Assembly: GCA_030390025.1 (NCBI GenBank)
Contig: CM059432.1
Span: forward strand, 145,702,001-145,766,000
Source: Squalus acanthias
Lineage: Eukaryota
Direction of reading: 5' to 3'
DNA: 64,000 bases
Positions within the stretch are counted from its first letter, which is position 1. The number at the start of each line of letters is the position of its first letter. Below the pieces are notes generated by a model that saw nothing but the letters and a program-made list of their open reading frames with translations, did not search any database and was not told the origin of the DNA. Positions 49,879-62,560 of this stretch are shown in pieces. Made by a program: the position numbers and the translations under genes.

Positions 49879-50041
49879 CTACTGTTGGGTAGAAGTACGG
49901 ATGGAAGGCGGGAGGGTGCATGTAGTGGGACACAGGAGGTGCAAACATGTGTGGTGTTGGCATTGGTTGGAAAAAGAAAGGCCTGTTGTGGGTTGGTGCG
50001 TGACCGTCTTCTGCTCGGTGGCCGCTTGGTGAAGGATTCAT
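49879..50041 (-). CDS. buc: bucky ball/Velo1 homologue, first coding exon
   Basis: MNPSPSG...HNRPFFFQPMP...FHPYFYPTV (RPFF..QP start of the BUVE motif); donor G|GTAAGC, phase 1, matching the acceptor at 47445. Confidence 0.85.
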
Positions 50042-50999
50042 CGCGATTGGCAACAAGCAAAGAGTTAAAAGAAAAATGCAGATGTCTAGTATCGGTGGCA
50101 GATTCATCGGAGCTCCAACTGGAAAACAAAGTCAGGGAGCATTTACAAAGCGTGCAAACCTGCTCTACAAACACACCCAACAGGTCCGTCCCTTATCAGA
50201 AAATAAAGGCATTGCAGCATCTACACCATCGTTAAACTTTGAAATCACCCCATAAAGAGGTCACCTACCTATACTACAAGATCCCTATTTAAACCAAAGG
50301 TTGGAGAGGAAAACACACAAGTAACTTTGAAAATTTCCATGAGCCGCCTTCTTTACATTTGCACTACTACTACTACACCCTTAGTGAAACCACCTGCCTT
50401 CTATCCCATCGCCCCCACAACCGGCCATTTATCAATTAGTGGCGACGAGGCAGCCAGTCAGCAGAAGCCGCTCATTTCACGCTGACAGCACCAACTCTCA
50501 AAACTCCACTCCTTCCTTATTGGACTTCGTTTTATAACCTGTTTAATGTAGTATTTTTGGCTCGGCTTTGGTTATTTTTGTAACATCCTGTCGCCCCCCA
50601 TCCCTTTTTAGCAGGAAAAGTATATTGGTGAAAATATTCAACATTTTATGAGATTAAAATAATCAGCCTCAACGTGTAGATGGAAACTCCTTGGAATCAA
50701 AGTTTGACAATGGCAGTAACCTATATGATTAAGTCAAAATAAGGACAATTAGTTTTCATCAGTTAAGCCCCCGGTTTGCCCCTGACGTATATTCTCAACT
50801 CAAACGCATTATGAATAGCTGTGATTTCGAGTTCTCCTCTTGATTCTCTGCGGCAAAAATCTATCTTGATAAAACGGACACATCGCGGCCTAAAGTGATA
50901 ATATGAAGGAACTTGCAGTCGTCCACCTGCATTCCAGGTATCTGATGAAAATTTACACAGAAAGACTAGTTCTTCAGAACATCAAGGATATCTTTTTTA

Positions 51000-51425
51000 T
51001 TCATTGGATGTGGACACACATTGCCCATGAGCTTCTCAATAGCCCTTGAACAAAAACAATAGCCCTTGAGAAGCCAATTTCTTGAATACAACTGAGTGGC
51101 TTGCTGCTAGGCCATTTCAGAGGGTAGTTAAGAGTCAACCACATTTGCTGTGGGTTTGGAGACTGGAGTCACATATAGGTCAGGGCAGGGCAGCAGGTTT
51201 CTTTCTCCTAAAGGACGTGAGTGAACCAGATGGGTTTTTACAACAATCCAATAGTTTCATGGTCACCATTATAATACTAGCTTTTTATTCCAGATTTATT
51301 TAATTAACTGAATTTAAATTCCCCAGCTGCCATTGTGGGATTTGAACTTGTGTCATCCAGATCATTAGTCCAGGGCCTACTGGATTATTAGCCCAGTGAT
51401 TTTACCATTATGCTGCAGTACCATA
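51000..51425 (-). mobile_element. SINE-like element: tRNA-like head and 5'UTR of the 9846-12161 LINE joined to a short tail
   Basis: 51085-51425 closely matches about 11870-12161; left end resembles the family 3' end (GGATGTGG...ATTGCCCA). Confidence 0.7.
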
Positions 51426-51746
51426 CTCCTATGTCAATATGAGGGAAAGGTAACTGACACAACGGAGTACAGTTCATAAGTCACTAATACATCCCATTAA
51501 TAGGTAACTTTTTGATAATGTCAATACCTGATGACCTGTGACTTTAATGTTGGCTACCTTCTTCCTTGACTAAAGAACAGCATTAGATATATATATATAT
51601 TTTAAAATTCTACTGAGTGAAGTACAGTGGATTTGAATTGTCCAGTGCTCTGTGAATTGAACAAAATTAATACTTCAATATTTTTGCTTCAGTTAAGCTT
51701 AAAAATCCCAAAGCCGCGATGTTCTTGGGGTAAACCAGGTTGTGTA

Positions 51747-52345
51747 CTCTTTTTGGTGCGATCAATAAACAAATAAACTGTAACTTAAAGATACATGAAA
51801 TGAAACTTAACAAATTAAATTATAATGTGGTTGCCGGGGGGTGATGAAGCACTCCAGTCCCTGCGGTGCCCACCGGTCACGGAAGGCCTCGAGCGTGCTG
51901 ATGGACACCACGTGTTCCATCTCCAGGGCCACCCGGGCGCGAACGTGGCCGCGGAAGAGAGGCGGGCAGTTGGGCTGAACGACCCCCCTCGACCGCCCGT
52001 GCCTGGACCAGTTAATGGCCACTTTGGCCAGGCCCAGGAGCAGTCCTACGAGGAGGTCCCCCGATCTGCCCGCTCCCCTCTGCACCGGGTGACCAAAGAT
52101 CAGGAGCGTGGGACTGAAGTGCAGCCAAAAATCGAGGAGCAGCCCCTTCAAATAATGGAAGAGGGGCTGCAACCTCTCACACTCCGTATAAACGTGGAAC
52201 ACGGACTCCTCCAGGCCGCAGAAAAGGCAGGTGGCCTGGGAGTCCGTGAACCTACTTAAAACTTTATTGCACGGGACTGCTCCGTGCAACACCCTCCAGG
52301 CCAAGTCCCCAATAGATAAAGGGAGGACTCCCGCGTAGAGAGCCA
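51747..52345 (-). mobile_element. Tx1/L1-clade LINE 3' fragment
   Basis: DLAWRVLHGAV...C.FCGLEESVFH...EC.RL is a zinc-binding C-terminus typical of Tx1 ORF2; CpG-rich. Confidence 0.75.
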
Positions 52346-53349
52346 CCAGGTTGGTGTAGAAGAGACTAGCTACTAATATAAGTCAAGAAATTGCTGTTGG
52401 TCTGCTACTAAGGGGCTCACTGAGTGATAATTTGGTTTTGGGGGAGGTTACAAACAAAACTGCTTAACAGCCGAGTTTACCAACCGAAAGCAAAATACCG
52501 CAGATACTGGATATCTAAAAACAGCAAATGCAGGAAACATTCACCAGATCAGGCAGCATCTGTGGAGAGAGGAACGATGGGCAAATGCTTCAGGTCGATA
52601 ACCTTTCGTCAGAACCAGGAGATGTTACAGAGGCACAGCTTATAAGGAGGAACAGAGTGAGCGGCCTTCGTCCCCAGAATTACCTGGCGCAGTGGGCATG
52701 GGAGCAGATCAGCAGAAAGTGTCCAGAATCTGAGTGGTTAAAAACTATCTGGAAAAATATTTTAGACCTTAAGAAAGCCACTGAGGTCAGCTGACCACCA
52801 GTGCTAATGTGACCAGTAACAGACCTAATGTGAAAAAAATGTTCTTCTCTGCTAACAGTTTAATCCTTTGATGCTGAAAGATGCTCAGTAGTAGATGTAG
52901 TACTGTCATAACTGATTCACAGTGAGGAATGTTTTGTTTCAATGGGGTAATTTAGGATGCATGATATAGTTACATTTAGGATGTAAATATGACATAGACG
53001 TGTACAGCAACAAGGAACGTCAGCGTCACACAAGGAATACACCTCTACAGTTGTATCATACAGTGTGCCTCTGAAGCAGTGCAGTTGTAGACATTGTCAC
53101 TGTTGAATGTTCAATGCCTTTGTAATATTCATGTGCTTGCCTGACAAGATCACCTTTAAGCAATGAGAACAGGCATGAATAGGAGGTGGCCTGAAGAACT
53201 TTAAGCCATTGAATCCTTTTAAAGAAGCCATCATAGAAATCATTAGCTATGAGTGCGTGTAGGGAGTAGGAGATGGTGAAACCAGTGTCTTCCCCATAGA
53301 ACATAAAGTCGAATGTACTATAATGTCATGCTGCCTACCAACTGGGCAT

Positions 53350-54380
53350 CCATGAGGCGCTGTGGGCCATTAGCAGCAGCAGAATTGTATTCCACCACAA
53401 TCTGAGACTTCATGGCCCGGCATATCCCTCAATCTACCATTACCATCAAACCAGGCAACCAACCCTGGTTCAATGAGGAGTGTAGAAGAGCATGCCAGGA
53501 GCAGCACCAGGCGTACCTAAAAATGAGGTGCCAACCTGGTGAAGCAACAACACAGGACTACATACATGCTAAACAGTGGAAGCAGCATGCTATAGACAGA
53601 GATAAACGATCCTACAACCAACGGATCAGATCAAAGCTCTGCAGTCCTGCCACATCCAGTCATGAATGGTGATGGACAATTAAACAATTAACGGGAGGAG
53701 GAGGCTCCATGAACATCCCCATTCTCAGTGATGGTGGAGCCCAGCACGTGAGTGCAAAAGACAAGACTGAAGTGTTCGCAACCATCTTCAGCCAGAAGTG
53801 CCGAGTGGATGATCCATCTCCGCCTCCTCCTGAGGTCCCCACCATCACAGAAGCCAGTCTTCAGCTAATTCAATTCACTCCACATGATATCAAGAAATGA
53901 CTGAGCACACTGGACACAGCAAAGGCTACAGGTCCCAACAACATCCTGGCTGCAGTGCGGAAGACTTGTGCTCCAGAACTAGCTACGTCTCCAGCCAAGC
54001 TGTTCTAATACAGCTACAACACTGGCATCTACCCGACAATGTGGAAAATTGCCCAGGTGTGTCCTATCCACAAAAGGCATGACAAATCCAATCCCCATCA
54101 GTCTACTCTCAATCACCAGCAAAATGCTGGAAGGAATTGTCAACAGTTCTATCAAGCGACACTTACTCACCAATAACCTGCTCACCGATGCTCAGTTTGG
54201 GTTCCACCAGGACCACTCAGCTCCAGACCTCCTTACAGCCTTGGTCCCAATATGGACAAAAGAGCTGAATTCCAGAGGTGAACTGAGAGTGACTGCCCTT
54301 GACATCATGGTAGCATTTGACCGAGTGTGGCACCAATAGTAAAACTGAAGTCAATGGGAATCAGGGGGAAATCTCTCCGA
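53350..54380 (+). mobile_element. Internal fragment of the same CR1/L2-group LINE as 9846-12161
   Basis: HIPQSTITIKPGNQPWFNEECRRAC..., QFGF, LD...AFD. Confidence 0.85.
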
Positions 54381-56359
54381 TGACCTAACCTCTAAAGTCC
54401 ATGTGGCATCAGTGTTTGAGCTGGTGCTTGTGTCAGTGAGATTGAGTGCATCTGTAGGAAGGCTGGGCTCCTCTTCCTCCACTAGCTGACGGGAATCGGC
54501 ATTCTCAACAGCTGAAATGAAAGAGAAAGACAAGGGTTAGCTTGTGATGTAAGGGAGAGCAGAGAGAGAGAGAGAAGTGGGTGTTAAAAGCATTTGCAGC
54601 TTGTCATCCAGAGTGTGTGGGGTGAGAGAGAAGTCAGAAGAGACAAAGAGAATTAGTGACGACTCCTCTAGCATCACCAGTGGCCACGGCCTCCACTCTA
54701 GCCCAGTTTGTTGGTTTAATGTTCACTACAATCAGTCTAGATGCACATGGGTGATCACAGTATCAAGCACAAACAGCGAGGGGCCTCACTGTTGCCCACC
54801 GTGCATCTACTACAATCGGGAGTATACTTTTACTGCCCAATATCTAGTTAAACAATAGTGTGACGCAGGGGACATTAAGAATAAGACTAAAGACTAAGAC
54901 AAAGTCTAGTGCAGTGTTATTCTGCCACCTGCTGAAGATGAGGAGGATCCCATAAATGTACAGAGTGGAACCAATAGTAGGTAATCTGAAGACGAGTTCT
55001 CTGTGTCCTGGGCACACTATGAATTTGACCGAGATATTAGGGCAGGTAAATCACTCTGGAGGATGCAGGGAGAAGCTAAGGCTTTCCTTTGACATCATGA
55101 AATACAGAAGTCAAAAGTATAATAGGCAAAAGAAACCCAAGCTGTAACACTCAGTGCTGTTTTTAGGACCTTGCTGTGCATAAAATGGCTGCTACATTTG
55201 TCTACGTAACAATAGTGATTAAACTTGATAAAAAAAAGTTCATTGAACAGTAAGTGCTGAGACATTATAAGGTGTTACATGAAGGCAGATTCTCTCTTTG
55301 AGGATTTTGAAGTGTAACTTTTTAACTCCCTCTGTCTTCGCTTCCATCTTCAATCAGCAGGTTTATAAAACTCAGTTTGTCATCACCCTAATCATTACTT
55401 CTCGTCTCTTACTGTCTATGGCCACACTATTGACGTTGACCCTTCACCTAGGTTTCTTATTTTCAAAACAACAATTGTGGATTGTAAAATTTTGTGCTGG
55501 AGAAAATACTGTGGGATTCTACAGCCATACCTTGCCAGATTTATTCCAAGAACTCACTGCCTGAAAACGCCCACATAAGCAGCAGTAAAACTCCTTAAAA
55601 TCTGCTGATGATCATTCAAATATTTTAAATCTGTTGTGGTCAACATTTTGAAGTGCTGCTGGCAATCACATACCATCAGATTATAACCAGTTTGGAAAGG
55701 ATGCTAGGTTTAGCTGATAGGAAGTCTCATACAACATTTATTGATGATTGTAGTTGCATGAAGTTTCAAAAAATCATACCGGGAGGGAGCCATATTGGGT
55801 TTGATGTGATTGCACCTCCCCCAATTGCAAAAGGAAGCTCGATTTTCAATAATCGGAAGCATCAAACAACATGTGATGCTAATCAGCAGGATGGTTATGA
55901 AGTTGCCATAGTCAGAAGCCGAAATTGTAAAAATGTGTATATATTCATTGATTGCGAATTTGTTGTCCTGATCCTATTTTCTTGTCAATAAACCAGCACA
56001 CGTCATTACACTTCTGAAAAGTAGCTGTAAATAAATAATAAATAGGATATCTGTAAACTTAAAAGAATGTGAATTTTCGGAAATTGAGATACAAGGAAAG
56101 AAAAAGCATAAAGATGGCTTACAATATAACAAAAGTGAAATGTACATCTACTCTCTTGTGTCTGAGAAAGAAGAATGCTTTGTCAGCAGGGCCCTGGTTT
56201 CTAATCAAGCTCTAGGAGGCAAAAAGCATCATAGAAATTTCAACACAGATTCATTGTTTGCCGTACCAGTGCTTGCTCCGTATTGGAGCTATGTGCACTA
56301 ATCTCATTTCCTTGAACACTTTAGTATGTTTCATCTTCAAGTGTTTATTATATTTACTC

Positions 56360-57460
56360 TTAAGAACATAAGAAATAGGAGCAGGAGTAGGCCATTCGGC
56401 CCTTCGAGCCTGCTCTGCCATTCAGTAAGATCATGGCTGAGCTTCTACCTCAACTCCACCTTCCCGCACTATCCCCATATCCCTTGATTCCCTTAATATT
56501 CAAAAATCTATCGATCTCTGTCTTGAATATACTCAACGACAGAGCATCCACAGCCCTCTGGGGTAGAGAATTCTGAAATTTCTCCTCACCTCAGTCCTAA
56601 ATGGCCTACCCCTTATTCTGAGACTGTGACCCCTAGTTCTAGACTTCCCAGCCAGGCGAAACATCCTCCCAGCATCTATCCTGTCAAGCCTTGTAAGAAT
56701 TTTACATGTTTCAATGAAATCACCGCTAAATTCTAGGAAATATAGAATATAGGCCTAGTCTCCTCAATCTCTCCTCGTAGGACAATCCCCCCATTCCAGG
56801 AATCAGTCTAGTGAACCTTTGTTGCACTCCCTGTATGGCAAGTATATTCTTCCTTAGGTAAGGAGACCAAAACTGTACACAATAGTCCAGGTGTGGTCTC
56901 ACCAAGGCCCTATATAATTGCAGTAAGACTTCTTTACTCTTATACTCTAATCCTTTTGTAATAAAGGCTAACATACCATTTGCTTTCCTAATTGGTTGCT
57001 ACCTCCGTGTTAACTTTCAGTGATTCGTGTACAAGCACACCCAGGTCCCTCTGAACACCAACATTTCCCAATCTCTCACCATTTAAAAAATACTCTGCTT
57101 TTCTATTTTTCCTACCAAAGTGGATAACTTCACATTCTCCACATTATATTCCATCTGCCATGTTCTTGCCCACTCACTTAACCTGTCTATATCCCTTTGC
57201 AGCCTCTTTGCACCCACCTAGCTTTGTATTGTCAGCAAACCTGGGTACATTACACTCGGTCCCCCCATCTAAGTCATTCATATAAATTGTAAATAACTGA
57301 GGCCCAAGCATTGAACCTCGCGGTACCCCACTAGTTATAGCCTGCCAACCTGAAAATGACCCGTTTATTCCTACTCTCTGTTTTCTGTCCATTAACCAAT
57401 CCTCAATCCATATTACCCCTCAATCCCATGAGCCCTAATTTTGTGTAATAACCTCTTGAG
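56360..57460 (-). mobile_element. 5'-truncated CR1 LINE
   Basis: RT C-terminal ORFs at 56726-57392 and TAAGAACATAAG tail. Confidence 0.85.
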
Positions 57461-58769
57461 GATCTTTTACAGCCACTTGAGAGAGCAGACGGGGCCTCGG
57501 TTTAACGTTTCATCCAAAAGAATGTGGTTGACTTGGCTTTAATACCAATTGTAGCAACACATTCCATATTCTAATCACTCTATTAGTGAAAAACATCTAA
57601 CCCTCCCTCTATGCTTCTAGTATTAATCCTAACTTTTCCCACCTTTGTAACCAATTCACTGACCAGTGGAAATAATCTTTCATTATTTACCTTCTCAAAA
57701 ACTTTCATAAGTTTAAACACTTCTATTGGATTCCCCCTTAACCTTCTCTCCCAAAATGAATAGAACCCTAGTTTTTCTAGTCTTTCACAACTACTGCTGA
57801 GAAATTATTGTTGGCTCAACATTCATTCTTTTGCTCACTATTTCAGAGAAGGTATTAACCCATGTTAGTGAGGCAAATGTACCACTTGTAATTCGAGCCT
57901 GTTGATTGATGTGTCAGGAGGTCTGTTCCTGTAACTGGACCTCCTGTCTGATAAGGATGCATCTATAAATCAGTGTGGATTGAGGAGGTGGTGATTTTAA
58001 TGGAGCTCCTTGTAGAGTGTTATGTGACCAGGACATCAGATCCAAAGCCAAAGCTCAGTCTGTCTGCACAGATTGGAACAGAGGGAAGCTGTAGAGAGAT
58101 TACAACTTCAAAATCTGAAATCTCCTGAACAGTTCAGTAATTGGGTGATAAAGATGGCTGCTATCTTCAGATTGAGAACACAATGGTAGAGTTCAACTGA
58201 GACTTTTGCACTATTGTGGAATGGAAACATTAGTCTCCTGAGTACGGTGAAACACATTGGGTGCAAAGGCGTTCCCTCGGTCAGTGTAAAAGAGCATTTA
58301 CAAAGGTTACCTCTTACCATGGCTGTAACTGAAACTTCTCAACCCAAAACTGAGCCAGTTTTCTGGATGGCTGTCTGAACTGCCTCTAGATTGGGAGCTC
58401 TGATGAGTTAACCTGGACTGTCTCTAGGTTGGGAACTCTAAGTTACAATGGACGTGCAGCTAATGCTCCTTGAGATGAGAGCTTGGACTAGTTGCCACTG
58501 AGTCAGAGGGTTTGTCGTTCAAGACCCAATCCAGGACTTCAGCACATAATTGAGGCTAACACTTCAGTGCAGTACTGAGGAACTGCTGCTTTGATACAGG
58601 TGCAGTCCTTTGAATGGTACGTTAAACAGCAGTGACTGTATTTCAAAGTAATTCATTGTATGTGAAGTATTTTGTGACATCTCCTTGAGATGTGGTAAGG
58701 TGCTAGATAAATGCTACTTCTTTATTTGTGCCATGACAAATGAGAGGCACTTCGTAACAAACATGATGG

Positions 58770-59880
58770 GGGAACATAATAATAGGAGTAGGTCATTGAG
58801 CCCCTCGAGCCTGTTCCGCCATACAATTAGATCATGGCTGATCTGTATCTTAACTCCATTTATCCACCTTAGTCCATATCCATTAATACCCTTGCCTAAC
58901 AAAAATCTATTGGTCTCAATTTTTAAATTTTCAATTGACCCCCGGCCTCAACAGCTATTTGGGGGAGGGAGTTCCAGATTTCCACTACCCTTAGTGTGAA
59001 GAAGTGCTTCCTGCCATCACCCCTGAATGGCCTGGCTCTAAATTTAAGGTTATGTCTCCTTTTCTGGACTCCTCCACCAGAGAAAATACTTTCTCTCTAT
59101 CTACCCTATCGACTCCTTTAATCATCTTAAACACCTCAATTAAATCACCCCTTGATCTTCTATATTCAAAGGAATACAAGCCTAGTCTATTCAACCTGTC
59201 CTCATAATTTAACCGTTTTAGCCCCGGTATCATTCTGGTGAATCTGCGCTGCTCCCCCTCCAAGACCAATATATCCTTCCTGAGGTGTGGTGCCCAGAAC
59301 TGAACACAGTGCTCCAGATGTGGTTTAACCAGAGCTCTGTACAGCTGTAACATAACTTCCACCCTTTGTATTCCAGCCTCTGAGATAAAGGCCAACATTC
59401 CATTAGCCTCTTTGATTATTTTTTGTATCTGTCCACTAGCTTTTAGTGATTTCTGTACTTGGACCCTAAATCACACTGCTCCTCCACAGTTCCTAGCTTC
59501 TCGCCATTTAGAACATTCTCTGATCGATCTTTCTTAGGTCCAAAGTGGATAACCTCATACTTCCCCACACTGAACACCATCTGCCACAGTTTTGCCCACT
59601 CACTCAATATATTAATGTCACTTTGCAACTTTCTGCTCCCATCTACACTATTTACTGTGCGAACTAACTTAGTATCATCAGCAAACTTGGATATACGGCT
59701 CTCTATTCCTTCATCCAAGTCATTTATAAATATAGTGAAAAGCTGCAGCCCCAGTACAGATCCCTGGGGGACACCACTAGTCACATCCTACCAATTGGAG
59801 TACATACCCATTATCTCTACTCTCTGTCTCCTACCTCCTAACCAATTCCCTACCCATGTCAATAGGTTGCCTCCAATTCA
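58770..59880 (-). mobile_element. 5'-truncated CR1 LINE
   Basis: ORFs at 58991-59784 with GVPQGSVLG and KFADDTKL. Confidence 0.85.
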
Positions 59881-60009
59881 GAGAAAGTTCAGAAGGGAAG
59901 CACCTTAAGTGGAAAAGGAAAAAATGTATTTAAAAGAAGTGAAATAGAAAAGGGCATATTTGTGATATATTAAAGCTAGCCAGTTTCCTGGATATGCATC
60001 TTGAATGAT

Positions 60010-61810
60010 TAAACATACCAACATACGAACAATGACGGACAGGTAAAGTCCCTCTGGTCCATCCAGCCTGTCCCGCACAATTGCGATACCTCGTGTATCA
60101 CAATATATACACTGTCCACCCCATCCGAAACCATGGGATCTCCTGGGAGATGCAAAAAAACAGATAAAAAACCCAGGCCAATTTGGGGGAAAAAATCTGG
60201 GAAATTCCTCTCCGACCCATCTCGGTGATCGAAACTAGTCCAGGAGATCACTCTGGCCCTGAATTCCTTGCAGTGCCTACCATCTGTAAGAGGTGATCTC
60301 CGCCCCAGCCAGAAACAGGTCCAGCTCTCGCTTGAAGGAATTCAGCGAATCAGCATCCACTGCACGAGACAGCAGCCTGTTCCAGGGGTCCGCTATTCTC
60401 TGGGATAAGAACCACCTCCTGACATTTAACCTAGATCTGGCCTTATACAACTTAAATTTGTGACCCCTGGTCCTCCCTAACCTATTTGTTGAAACAAACT
60501 GTTAACTGGAACACAATCTATTCCCTTCATTATCTTATAAGCCTCAACCCTAAGACTACGCTTCTCTAAAGTGTAGAGTCTTAACTCTTTTAGCCTGTCT
60601 TGATAACTAAGATGCTTGAAACTGGGAATTAGTCGAGTGGCCCTCCTCTGCACTCTCTCCAAAGCCTCAATATCACCCACCATGTGAGGAGACCAAAACT
60701 ATACGCAGTATTTCAAATGCGGCCTGACTAAGTTCTTGTACAAAGACAAAATAGTATGGCTCGTCTTATACTCAATTGTCCTGTGGATACACCCCAACAC
60801 CCTATTTGCTCCAGCTATCGCTTCACGTCATTGCTTATGTCCCTTTAAAGATGTATGCACTGGAATGCCCAAATCTCTTTCTATCTCCACCTTCTTAAAT
60901 GCTTTTCCCTGAAGGGTGTATGAATGTTGAGTTTTTGCCCTGCCCACATGCATAACACTGCATTATCTAAGTTATGATGCGGAGATGCCGGTGTTGGACT
61001 GGGGTGGACAAAATTGAGAGGTCGCACAACACCAGGTTATAGTCCAACAGTTTTATTTGAAATCACAAGCTTTTGGAGCTATCGATTGCTCCGTCCTCAG
61101 GTCCTTCCTACTTCACCTGAGGAAGGAGCAATCGATAGCTCCGAAAGCTTGTGATTTCAAATAAAACTGTTGGACTATAACCTGGTGTTGTGCGACCTCT
61201 CAATTTTATCTAAGTTATACATCATTTTCCAGTCTTGAGCCCAATCTCCCAACATATTAAGATCCGCCTGAAGCAGACGAGCATCGTTTACAGTCCTGGC
61301 ACTCGCACAGATCTTGGTATCATCTGCAAATTTGCAGATCGTGCCCCCAACACCTACATCCAGATCATTAATAAAAATAGTAAAAAGCAACGGTCCTAAC
61401 ACCGATCCCTGCGGGATACCACTGGTGAACGGTCTCCAAACAGATCCAAATCCATCTATAACTACTTTTTGCCTACGTCCTGCCAGCCAGTTCTCAATCC
61501 AGCTCAATATATTACCACTAGCACTAGAGGCTTCGATCTTATAGAGAAGCCTCTTGTGCAGTAACTTATCAAAAGCTTTTTGGAAGTCTAAGTAGACAAT
61601 GTCTATTGTACTCCCCTCATCCACCAACTTTGCAACTTCTTCAAAAAGTACAATTAGATTTGTAAGACATAACCTTTTTATGAAGCTATGTTGGGTGTCC
61701 CCAATATGTCCCTCTCTATTCAAGCATTCATATATTGCATCCCTAATGATTCCGTCAAGCATCTTATCTATTACTGATGTTAAAGTAATGGGCCTAGTTC
61801 CCCGGGACAG
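60010..61810 (-). mobile_element. CR1 LINE (different subfamily) interrupted by a Penelope-derived palindrome
   Basis: ORF 61175-61861 is RT core (LDFQKAFDK, GIPQGSVLGP, KFADDTK); 60477-60683 is the C-terminus. Confidence 0.85.
60976..61207. mobile_element. Penelope-type terminal-repeat insert with inverted duplication
   Basis: 93-bp inverted arms at 61010-61102 and 61115-61207; direct repeat TTATCTAAGTTAT on both sides. Confidence 0.8.
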
Positions 61811-62084
61811 TATTATAACTTTTTCTGAGACATGTGTTCGGTGTCCTGAGAGGAGACTCATTGCATTTTTTGGGGGCTATGAAATAACATGAATAAAATC
61901 TGTCTGTCTCCTAATCAGGGCAAATTTTCTTTTTCACTGAGGAGTACAGAAGGCTTTTTCAGTCATCAGTATGTCCACCACTTGAGTATCCCGATACTGC
62001 CAGATTTTATGATCCCATGATACCATGGGGGAGTGGTTCAAAACTGGAGAAGATACTAACTTGCTGATGATATTGCAAACCAAT

Positions 62085-62560
62085 GGGGGCCAGGATGATA
62101 CCAGGGATCAGGGACTTCAGTTATGTGGAGAGATTGGAGAAGCTGGGATTGTTCTCCTTAGAGCAGCGCAGGTTAAGGGGAGATCTAATAAAGGTATTCA
62201 AAATGATGAGGGGTATTGATAGAGCAAGTGGGGAGAAACTGTTTCCTCTGGCAAGTGGGTCGGTAACCAAAGGTCATAAATTTAAAATAATTGGCAAAAG
62301 AACCAGAGGGGAAATGAGGAGAATTTTTTTTCAAACATAGGGTTGTTATGATCTGGAACGCACTACCTGAAAGGGTGGTGGAATCTGATTCTGTAGTAAC
62401 TTTCAAAAAGGTAATTGGACATGCACTTGAAGAGGACTAATTTGCAGGGTTATGGGGAAAAAGCTGGGCTGTAGGACTAAATTGGACAGCTCTTTCAAAG
62501 AGACGGCACAGGCACGATGGGCTGAATGGCCTCCTTCTCTGCTGTAAGATTCTAGGATTA
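62085..62560 (+). mobile_element. CR1 LINE 3' end
   Basis: RLEKLGLFSLEQRRLRGDLI and a CR1 3'UTR. Confidence 0.8.

Noticed and set aside
52800..56000. ORFs 53056-53304, 54351-54533 and 55653-55991 as host genes
   Set aside because: No recognisable domain or consistent exon chain; 54380-54530 resembles a decayed Harbinger Myb-gene piece. Cannot be excluded without a search.
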